This document shows positions 56,220 to 64,000 of a DNA stretch of 64,000 nucleotides, piece after piece. Position numbers and translations under genes: made by a program. The stretch is from a virus (taxonomy: Duplodnaviria > Caudoviricetes), in IMG/VR virus record IMGVR_UViG_3300037467_000583, positions 1 through 64,000 of that record. One strand, written 5' to 3'. A model generated the notes under the pieces. It was not told where the DNA came from, ran no database searches, and was given only the letters and a program-made list of their open reading frames with translations. Position 1 is the stretch's first letter; the number at the start of each line of letters is the position of its first letter.

Positions 56220-56322
56220 GCATTCATCGACAGCGCAACACAGCGATGCAATACAAGAAGCAAAGCTGTCGAAGCTGGCAAAGCAATCTAACGTAATCAA
56301 ACACTATATAAGGAGTAACATC

Positions 56323-56988
56323 ATGAAACAGGTTATCGCTCGCATCTATCCCCTGACGAACACGCCAGTGATTTTTGACGTGGAGTCGAAACAGAACGGC
56401 AACGGACGCCTGAAAGCGTTCATGAATGGTGAGTCTGTTGAAGTGGGCTACGATTTCTACATGCACACTGAGCATCTGAACCCTGAACAAGCATTGCAAG
56501 TGGCTCGTGCGTACGCCAAACACGAGAACATTCCTGAGCATGATATCCTAGTTCGTCAACGCTTTCCGAAAACGAAGCCTCTTCCGCGCAAACTGAACGA
56601 TGCTAACCTTGTGCTTGTTCAGAAGGACGAAGAGAAGAAAGATGAGCCGGAAACCCTGCAACAGCTTGCGCAGGAAATGCATGACAAGGAGACGAACAAG
56701 CCGGAACAGAGGAAGGATGTTGCGTCAGCAACCAATCCTGAAGGTGCGAAGGTTGTTCGTTCTGCGGGAGAGAAAGCTAAGACGAAGCGTGCTTACACCA
56801 AAAAATCGAACAAACGTAGCGAGGCCGCAATGAAGCGCTACCTTTCCGAGTTGGGTCAAGTGGCTGCTGAGTCGACCACCCTGCTTCAACCTGCTGTACC
56901 CGGCCCCGGCATCACACCCGAGCAAGTGAGTGAGGCAGAACTTCAGTTTGCTTTGAAATTGGTGAAGCTTTTGAAAGGCGTCATGTAA
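56323..56988 (+). CDS. Hypothetical early-type protein
   Basis: Start MKQVI with SD AAGGAG; followed by a terminator. Confidence 0.7.
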   Translation: MKQVIARIYPLTNTPVIFDVESKQNGNGRLKAFMNGESVEVGYDFYMHTEHLNPEQALQVARAYAKHENIPEHDILVRQRFPKTKPLPRKLNDANLVLVQKDEEKKDEPETLQQLAQEMHDKETNKPEQRKDVASATNPEGAKVVRSAGEKAKTKRAYTKKSNKRSEAAMKRYLSELGQVAAESTTLLQPAVPGPGITPEQVSEAELQFALKLVKLLKGVM

Positions 56989-57046
56989 TCACTGAGCATA
57001 GATAACGTCCCGCCAAGACGATAACAACAACCCTCGTTGTGCATTT

Positions 57047-57074
57047 GCCTCTCCGAAGAGAGGCTTTTTCTTTT
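57047..57074 (+). terminator. Intrinsic terminator
   Basis: GCCTCT-CCGAAG-AGAGGC then TTTTTCTTTT. Confidence 0.8.
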
Positions 57075-57089
57075 GTGCTCAATTTTCTC

Positions 57090-57118
57090 TTGACAGCTAA
57101 GATTCTTATCTCTACACT
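57090..57118 (+). promoter_or_regulatory. sigma70-type promoter
   Basis: TTGACA-17-TACACT. Confidence 0.7.
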
Positions 57119-57152
57119 TATTCTGTCTTAACAAACATAAGAAGGAAACAAA

Positions 57153-57753
57153 ATGAACATTCCAGATTTCATCGAACAACTTGTTGAAGCTGACATCGAA
57201 GTAGTGTTGCGCAAAGGTGGGAAGTTTTACATCAAAGGTTTTTACAAAAGCAGCGGCATCACTGTGCAATGGGATTCTGTTTGTTGGGTTGCTACTGCTC
57301 GATATAACGAAGTGTCACAAATCGATAATATGCACGACCTTGTTTGTCTAAACTATTCTTGGTGGCAACGGTCTAAAGATCGATTTGACGGATGGTCACA
57401 ACCGGAATCTGCATGGGTTCCTTTACTGCTTAAATTTGGATACATCAAAGAGAAAACCATTCCTGCACAAACTGTTTACGAGTGAGAATAACATGACCAA
57501 ACTTACCGACGACGATATTCGACAAATCATTGCTGCTCGCTTTGCAGATACCTTCTGCCTACCTGATGATATTGCATTTGCTCGTGCTATTGAAGATGCT
57601 GTGTTGGAACGTGCTGCACTAGCTGCTGAGAAGGTTCAGGACAACTACAACGAAATGCAGGGCGGTAAATGGCCTGAGCTTCGTGATGATGCAGCAACAG
57701 GTGCAGGTGATTGCGCATCGGCCATCCGTGCAATGAAGAATCAAGGAGAATGA
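57153..57753 (+). CDS. Two hypothetical proteins (57153-57485, 57493-57753)
   Basis: ORFs downstream of the promoter at 57090. Confidence 0.55.
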
Positions 57754-57754
57754 T

Positions 57755-58516
57755 ATGACAGACATTGACAAGCTTAACATGGCAATTATGAATATTCCGT
57801 ACACAGGAATTAGTGAAGCGTGGACAAAAGACGAGACGCTTACATACAAACTAGGACATCGTGACGCACGCCACGCTGCTGTTGACATCGTGCTTGAGCA
57901 TTTTAAGGATGTTCAGCAAGCCGCGCCCGAAGCACCTGCCGGAGAGGTCAAACTTGGCCCTTACGGCAAACTGATCGATTGGAGTTCGAACGGACCTGAC
58001 TTGTTCGATCTTCCCGTAGGAACGAAGCTGTATTTTGCACCGACCGCACAGCAGGCTGGAGCGGCTGAACTGGTTCATCAGATGCGCCACAAGGCAGGCG
58101 GCACTTGGACCGACTGCGATGCTGACGGCGAAACGTGCATCAAGCGCATGCCCCATTGGGCAGACGCCTACGAGTTCCGCACGTTGCAAGTCATCAGCCC
58201 TGCGGCCTCCACGGCAAGCGCGAGCAGGGAACTTATCGAAGCAGCGGACAAGCAGCCATTCGGCACGGTCGATCCTCGTGCCGCATGTCGGGCTGGACTC
58301 CGCGCCGCCCTCGCCAATTCTGGCGCATCCCATGCATCGAATGCTGGCGAGGATACCGAGCGGGATGCAGCGCGCTATCGCTGGTTGCGCACTCAGCCGT
58401 TCGACACCTGGAAGCGCATCGCTTGGAACACGTGGAATGACGACCCCGAAGTATTCCCTATTCGTGATGAAGAAATCGACGCAGCAATCGCCGCCAGCGC
58501 GAAGGAGAAGAAATGA
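57755..58516 (+). CDS. Mosaic hypothetical protein, GC-rich
   Basis: ERDAARYRWLR module typical of temperate phage early ORFs. Confidence 0.6.
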   Translation: MTDIDKLNMAIMNIPYTGISEAWTKDETLTYKLGHRDARHAAVDIVLEHFKDVQQAAPEAPAGEVKLGPYGKLIDWSSNGPDLFDLPVGTKLYFAPTAQQAGAAELVHQMRHKAGGTWTDCDADGETCIKRMPHWADAYEFRTLQVISPAASTASASRELIEAADKQPFGTVDPRAACRAGLRAALANSGASHASNAGEDTERDAARYRWLRTQPFDTWKRIAWNTWNDDPEVFPIRDEEIDAAIAASAKEKK

Positions 58517-59112
58517 GCAACGAACTGAACATGGAAGCCGAGCGCGCGGCGTTTGAAGCGTGGTATGGCGAGAACTATACGTCCTACATGCCGCGTATGC
58601 TCGACGGTGAGTATAAAGGCGAGTACGCCAACAACGATACACAATCGCTGTGGTCCGCGTGGCTTGCCGGACGCCGCACAGTAGACACGTCAGTGGATAC
58701 AACCGCTCCTGTCTCCGCCCCTATCGTGGAAGAACTGCCGCCGATGGATCAAAATCGCCTCGTAGAACTTTGGGACAGCACAGAGGACGGCGGATTAATA
58801 GGCCGTCAGCTTCGTTTCGCGGAGGCGATCAGGCGCGACGCCATCGCCACGTATGCCGAGCGTATCCGCCAGCTTGAGCGCGAACTGAAACACGCGAAGC
58901 TTCAAGAGCTTGTCGACATCGCGCAGGAATGCGACATGGGCTATGGCAAACCGGCAGAACGGAAGACGGCGAGTATCGGCGACGATCCGAAGTTCCAAGA
59001 GTTATTGGAGGAGTACGATGATGCCGCATCTCATACTGCGATTTTGCACTCGTTGAACGCCCTCATCACCTACATCGACAATTTCAAAATAGCTAAGTTT
59101 CCACTTGACTAA
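58513..59112 (+). CDS. Mosaic hypothetical protein, GC-rich
   Basis: ERAAFEAW..W.AWLA module; ATGA-coupled. Confidence 0.6.
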   Translation: MSNELNMEAERAAFEAWYGENYTSYMPRMLDGEYKGEYANNDTQSLWSAWLAGRRTVDTSVDTTAPVSAPIVEELPPMDQNRLVELWDSTEDGGLIGRQLRFAEAIRRDAIATYAERIRQLERELKHAKLQELVDIAQECDMGYGKPAERKTASIGDDPKFQELLEEYDDAASHTAILHSLNALITYIDNFKIAKFPLD

Positions 59113-59161
59113 CAGCCATTTCCACTCTACCATGTGCATATAAACAAACAAGGAGAGCGGG

Positions 59162-59991
59162 ATGGCTGAACTATCTAGGGATGAAATCACAATAATGGGG
59201 GCTACCGAGTCAGAGTTGTACGCCTACATTAAGACACATTCACTTGGTAAAGAATGGCCTGTTAAGATTTATCACGATGGCACAGTGTTTGAGTTCGACA
59301 CCACATACGACTTACCATCGCAAATGAAAACATTCATTCAAGCTGCTCGTTACCTACTTATCATGCCATGAATGAGTTATCAATTTTGTACGTTATTATT
59401 TTGATGGTTGTGTGCTTCCTTGCAGGTTTCTTCTTAGGTATAATCTATTGCGAGAACGATGTGAACGAGCGTCATAGATTGTGGCGAGATTATTTGAAGG
59501 AAAGGAAGTGTGATGAGAAATGCAATTGGCACCACTAACAAGGAGGAGCCTTTTAAGCGGGAGGAGATTATAACCCTATTCGACGAAGAATACGTTGTGC
59601 TTAAAAACTATGGCACAAGGGGCCGTGTTAGGCTACTCAATACGCACATGAGTATTGATCCCTTCTATTGGAGCTTTCAAGGTATGGAAGCCCGACGAGT
59701 GAAAAGGAATGCAGCATGAATAAGGAGAATGTTGTGGATAATACAATTGTGACAGTAAAGCATTTTGCATACACACTTGCAACGCTGTTCGTTTACTCGT
59801 TTGGCTTGCTACTTTTGAATCAGGCGCAAGAGCTAAACAATCTGGCAAAGGTGCTGTCTCTTGCAATTATTACCTTCGCAGGGTATTTGTCTTACGAGCT
59901 AATCACTACGAAAGATTATAAGCTATCGCCAATGCTTGTTGGGCTAGGCACTGTAGTGACACTCATCGGTCTTATGTGCCTTTACTATTAG
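59162..59991 (+). CDS. Small early ORFs (59162-59371, 59510-59719, 59716-59991 membrane)
   Basis: Packed ORFs with SD-like sites. Confidence 0.5.
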
Positions 59992-60154
59992 GAGAATGAC
60001 GTGAAGAAAACTTTTATTGCAATCGGAATTGGGTTTGTCTGCTTCCTTGCGTTTGCGGATTTTGCGCAATACGAACACCATTTGAAAGAAAAGCGGGAGG
60101 CCATTTTGGCGGGAAGGGAATAATGGTTTTGGAATTGAAAAGACGAATAGATGG

Positions 60155-60213
60155 AAAAATTGGGTGCCGAGCGGGGATGTAACACCCCTTGGGAAACACG
60201 AGGCCCACTCTAC
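60155..60213 (+). repeat. Degenerate repeat copy B
   Basis: AAAAATTGGGTGCCGA..GTAACACCCCTTGGGA..CTCTAC. Confidence 0.65.
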
Positions 60214-60233
60214 ATTTTCGGAAATTCTTATTA

Positions 60234-60260
60234 GCTCGCCTTGTGCGGGCTTTTTCTTTT
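60234..60260 (+). terminator. Intrinsic terminator
   Basis: GCTCGC-CTTGT-GCGGGC then TTTTTCTTTT. Confidence 0.75.
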
Positions 60261-60468
60261 TGTAGGAAACACATTTTGGAAATGTAAGGGCGCGATTTTA
60301 TAGATGCTTATCTTGATAAGGAATGCTGTCACAACAATTAGCTTGATAGCGGATATTCTAGGGCTGCATGGTGTGCTGCATTCGTATGTAGAAGAGTCTA
60401 GGGACAATTAGCAAAATAGGCGAATTTCGTCTGAGTATGCTTATTACCCCTAGTTGTGCTTGTACAGG

Positions 60469-61449
60469 TTAAATTTTTGAGGTATAGTCTTCTACATACG
60501 CCACGACGTCATCATAGAGCCAGTAATGTGTAGCCTCAGTCACGAATCCTTCAACACACTGCGGCACTATGGGGAATGAAGACTTCACAGCTTTTTCTAA
60601 CTCTATGGCTTCGACACCACTCATAAGGAACGACTCTATCTCAGTGAGAGTAAAACCCTCTCGTAATAACTTTCTTCTATGAGTAGATACCCGCCTATTA
60701 ATTTTTGTGGTTATGCCGTACCCGCAAAACTCTCTATCGTTGGCAACTGCCCTAAGTACGTAGAAATATCCATCTTTTGACTTATCAAAACCACCTGATG
60801 GCCGACAGAGACAGCTTACACTGCCCCTTCTCAATGCAAAGAGACGAGTTCTAAACTCCTTGCCGTCTTTACTGCAAGATGGGCAGTTGACGTACCAGAC
60901 ACTCATATGTTCGTCAGGATTGGTTGTCCTCCTAAAAGTAGTGCCCTCTAAAAACTTGCCAGTACTCAGCAATTCTCTATTAACCCTATCTTCATCTAAT
61001 GTTAGAGTTGCTGCCATTTTCTTTTTACCGCAGGATGGGCAATTAGCACCTTGCCATAGGTTAGATAGCCATTTGGTCCACGTTGTCCCATCTTTCTTGC
61101 AACGCAGAGATACGGTGGAATCTGCACCTTTAAACTCGCCGACAAACTCTATAAACTCGTATCCTTTATCTGCGCAGAACCTCTTAATCAATACTTCATA
61201 TTGTTCTTTGGATTTCATGTATGATCTACCGCATCCGCACGGGTATTTGTTGCCATCTATACTGTTAATCTTGGCAGTAAAAAGTCCGCATCCATAAAGT
61301 TCAGGGTCAGCTGCACAAACGTCACACTTGACAATAAACTGTGTGTCCTTCATACACTTCCTGTCCCCTATAAACAAGACCTGTAATTCTAGGTTGTTAC
61401 CAAACCTCTTTCCAATCAAATCTTCTGGCTTCCTATTAACCTTACTCAC
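60469..61449 (-). CDS. Zn-finger/CapR-like plus GIY-YIG-like nuclease (326 aa)
   Basis: GTG start; CDVCAADPELYG resembles CHICNLDPELFG of cassette 2; GYFYVL..GYGIT..RR..EGFVTEA. Confidence 0.75.
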   Translation of the reverse strand: MSKVNRKPEDLIGKRFGNNLELQVLFIGDRKCMKDTQFIVKCDVCAADPELYGCGLFTAKINSIDGNKYPCGCGRSYMKSKEQYEVLIKRFCADKGYEFIEFVGEFKGADSTVSLRCKKDGTTWTKWLSNLWQGANCPSCGKKKMAATLTLDEDRVNRELLSTGKFLEGTTFRRTTNPDEHMSVWYVNCPSCSKDGKEFRTRLFALRRGSVSCLCRPSGGFDKSKDGYFYVLRAVANDREFCGYGITTKINRRVSTHRRKLLREGFTLTEIESFLMSGVEAIELEKAVKSSFPIVPQCVEGFVTEATHYWLYDDVVAYVEDYTSKI

Positions 61450-61651
61450 TAAAATACTCCTCGGCGTATTCCGTCTGCAACTTAAAAATCTTAGAAAGTT
61501 TCTTTGCTTGTGCCAACTTTTTCAGCATTACGTTATCGTTTTTCTTTGTGTAGTATGTAACAAGTCGATAATACGCTTGTTCTTGGACGGTGTTAAGGCG
61601 AACGGCGATAGCATCGACGGACGCCGACTGATAGTCGAATGAACGGGACAT
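61442..61651 (-). CDS. 69-aa nuclease-linked protein, copy 3
   Basis: SD AAAGGA; SFDYQ..SVD..A..YY.KK...M..K...A.K. Confidence 0.75.
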   Translation of the reverse strand: MSRSFDYQSASVDAIAVRLNTVQEQAYYRLVTYYTKKNDNVMLKKLAQAKKLSKIFKLQTEYAEEYFSE

Positions 61652-61723
61652 TTTGATTCCTTTAGGTGGGATTATTGGACAACAGACATACAAAACGTAG
61701 CGTTGCACTACGCGATTAACATT

Positions 61724-61752
61724 ATTATACGTGTTACTGCACAGATTGTCAA
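61724..61752 (-). promoter_or_regulatory. sigma70-type promoter of cassette 3
   Basis: TTGACA-17-TATAAT. Confidence 0.8.
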
Positions 61753-61808
61753 TATAAAGTCAAGTTTTAAATTAGAGTAAACACTCTAGCTTTTATTGCT
61801 TTGGTTGC

Positions 61809-61837
61809 TTGACGGGCTGCACTAACAAACGTAAGAT
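61809..61837 (+). promoter_or_regulatory. sigma70-type promoter
   Basis: TTGACG-17-TAAGAT. Confidence 0.6.
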
Positions 61838-61875
61838 ACATCCATCAACAACGCAAACTTTCTAGGAGAAACAAC

Positions 61876-62103
61876 ATGACAAAGTTTAACGGCCACAAAA
61901 ATTGGAACCACTGGAACGTTTCTCTGTGGATCAACAACGATGAGGGGTTGTATCGTATGGCGCAACGTCTAAACAGTATCATGAGTAAGCAAGATGCAGC
62001 GGAAGAAATGTTACATATCCTTAAGTCGAACGGGCAAGCCAAAACCCCTGACGGTGCACCGTACAGCATCACAACGATTAAAGCAGCAATGCGGGAGATG
62101 TAA
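61876..62103 (+). CDS. Conserved small phage protein
   Basis: NGHKNWNHWNVSLWINNDEGLY, a motif common in phage early ORFs; SD AGGAG. Confidence 0.65.
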   Translation: MTKFNGHKNWNHWNVSLWINNDEGLYRMAQRLNSIMSKQDAAEEMLHILKSNGQAKTPDGAPYSITTIKAAMREM

Positions 62104-62105
62104 TC

Positions 62106-62697
62106 ATGGCAGAGCAAATCGGAAATCTTCTTGTATATTCGTCTAATGCGAGTCGTAAAGGGGCACAGAAAGCATCTGTAACTGTGCGTGACTTGTCCGG
62201 TGAAGTGGTTGCACGAATCTATAGCGACCGCTCGCAGCCGCTGCGATGGCTCCGTAAATGGCCCCATTGTATCGAACGTGCCGAGCTATCCGGACAGCTT
62301 AAACAAGCTGGCATCTCGCAAGCGGATATTGATGCAATTGTTTCCATGAGGGATAAATGACATGCCCACTTATGCACAATCGTACAAACCGGAACGTCTT
62401 CCTTCTGTGCTACAAATTATCGTAGTGTTGATGGCATTTCTAGCAGGCGCCGTTATTCTCGTGCTGGCGGGTATTGCTGGTGACGTTGGTTAAGGGGATG
62501 CGAACATGTTAGTTCTCAAATGGTGGTATTCGTCACAAGCTCCTGATGCACTGCCATACGAACATCAGGGAATGGATGCAGCGCAAATGGGCGTACTTTT
62601 TAGATTAAAGGCTCTGGAAAGTAATATTCGAAAGATTGAACTTTTGTCAGATGACGTGCTTGTCATCTCTTGGATTCAGCCTGAAGAGAATGCCTAA
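62106..62697 (+). CDS. Small hypothetical ORFs (62106-62360, 62506-62697)
   Basis: Packed + strand ORFs. Confidence 0.5.
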
Positions 62698-62705
62698 AAT
62701 TTCTC

Positions 62706-62734
62706 TTGACATGGGTAAGCAACATCAGCATAAT
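62706..62734 (+). promoter_or_regulatory. sigma70-type promoter
   Basis: TTGACA-17-CATAAT. Confidence 0.7.
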
Positions 62735-62763
62735 AAGCACATGGACAAACAACGGAGGGTTAA

Positions 62764-63974
62764 ATGAAAGTTCGGATTACGCACCAAAGCGGTTTCACTA
62801 ACCCGCCAGAGTGGTACGACAGTCAGTTTGGCAAAGTGTTTGACGTTCTAGAAGAAATGGGACGGGGCACGTATCGGATTGATCTGCCACATGATCTGTA
62901 TATCAAGCTTGGACAATTCCAATATTACGTACCTACTAAATTTTGTGAAGTAGTGAGCGAATAATCATGCGCCCAATAAAAACTAAATACTACCAAGGGA
63001 AACGCTATCACGATCCCGTACAAGTGAATAGTGCAAGTGACGCGAATTGGGCTGTTGCTAAATGTGTAGCTCATATGCAAGTGAACCATTATGAAGCAAC
63101 GAGTGCTGAAGTGTACGACGACAACACAGGCGAACTACACGCCATTGTGACACGAAGCATTAACGGAAGGATTCAGATTGAGTATAGGCGCGATCCTGTT
63201 AAGTTTGAAACTCGATTGGCTATTGGCGCATTGTTTGGAAAGGAAAAGAAATGAAACTCAATCATATTCAAAGTATTGCATTAGACAACTTGATTAAAGC
63301 ATTACAACAAGCTACAGATCATGGCGTGTTAGATGAATTGGTGCCTTGGTGCGAAAGTCCGGACAGTATTAACGATGTGTGCGATGCCTGCGATGATTTG
63401 AAAGAGGCTCAAAAATGACCCCACAACAAGCACACGAATTGAAACTCAAGATAGCCCTTTTCTCTGAAGCAACAGCCATGCTTGCCCTCTTGAGGAACAA
63501 GGAACAAGCTGAATGGGATGTTGCACTTGCAGAGCGTGACCGCACACGAAATGCTTTGTATAAATTTATTGACGAAATAACGGGGGAATGATGTTTAAAA
63601 AGAAAACATACACTATTGAAATTACATACTCGGATAATACCAGTACAACATATAAAGGTACGTCAAATGTAAGTTTAGACAGCGGTGTGTTGCGCTTTAC
63701 AAAAGTCAATATACACTACTTTTGCAATTGGAATATGATTTATGGATATGCCATTAAGGAGGAATAAATGAATTATCATAAAGATGTTGTGTTAATTGCA
63801 TGTGCGCAATTCGTTCCAACTCTTGTTGAGCACGGTAAATCTGCACATGTAAATATCCCCGAACTGTTGCGACATGCTGCAATAGAAGCATTTAAGCAAA
63901 TGAATCTTATACAAGGTGCACCAAGTCTTGATTGGGAAAAGGGACAAGCATGTCTCATAATACAAAAGGATTAA
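62764..63974 (+). CDS. Cluster of small hypothetical ORFs (62764-62964, 62967-63254, 63768-63974 and shorter ones between)
   Basis: SD-preceded, coupled ORFs. Confidence 0.5.
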
Positions 63975-64000
63975 ATGAATTATCCGAAAAAGGCTTTATT

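Larger units (their letters stand above)
60469..61752 (-). mobile_element. Cassette 3: promoter + 69-aa ORF + nuclease, inverted within the + strand block
   Basis: Same architecture as cassettes 1 and 2. Confidence 0.65.

Noticed and set aside
56218-56322. N-terminal extension of ORF 56218-56988 and other over-long starts in the ORF track (e.g. 4282, 19428, 24375, 61708)
   Set aside because: They overlap promoters or upstream genes; downstream starts have clear SD sequences.
57851-58702. 283-aa - strand ORF in the GC-rich patch
   Set aside because: High GC suppresses stops; the + strand ORFs have SDs, coupling and recognisable modules.
1-64000. CRISPR array, integrase/repressor, phage RNA polymerase, DNA-modification cluster
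   Set aside because: No regularly spaced repeats and no matching motifs seen; they could lie outside the window.

Overview
The whole window is part of a lytic-type tailed dsDNA phage genome (Caudoviricetes). It looks like a siphovirus: tail tube, frameshifted tail chaperones and a 1704-aa tape measure, with no sheath gene. It has three blocks. (1) 1-22.7 kb, + strand: head-tail joining, neck fibre module, tail, tail tip and lysis genes. (2) 22.9-54.8 kb, - strand: nucleotide metabolism and replication (glutaredoxin, NrdAB, exonucleases, probable SSB, family A DNA polymerase, primase-helicase, ThyX, ATP-dependent ligase) plus many small ORFs. (3) 54.9-64 kb, mostly + strand: early-type small ORFs and two non-coding regions. 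Near-consensus sigma70 promoters occur throughout. I found no terminase, portal, capsid, integrase, RNA polymerase, tRNA or CRISPR array. A betaproteobacterial host (Oxalobacteraceae/Burkholderiaceae-like) is an inference only. The most notable observations are: three dispersed copies of a cassette made of a promoter, a 63-69 aa ORF and a translationally coupled Zn-finger/GIY-YIG-like nuclease; four tandem paralogues ending in W-x-x-S-(S)-x-(x)-C-stop directly upstream of a nucleotidyltransferase-like gene; a complete mini-intein-like Hint domain at the tip-fibre C-terminus; a stand-alone gene with a PEP-CTERM-like sorting tail; a promoter-terminator-bounded small antisense RNA candidate; and a degenerate ~65-nt motif repeated 4.6 kb apart. 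All family assignments come from motifs read by eye, not from database searches.
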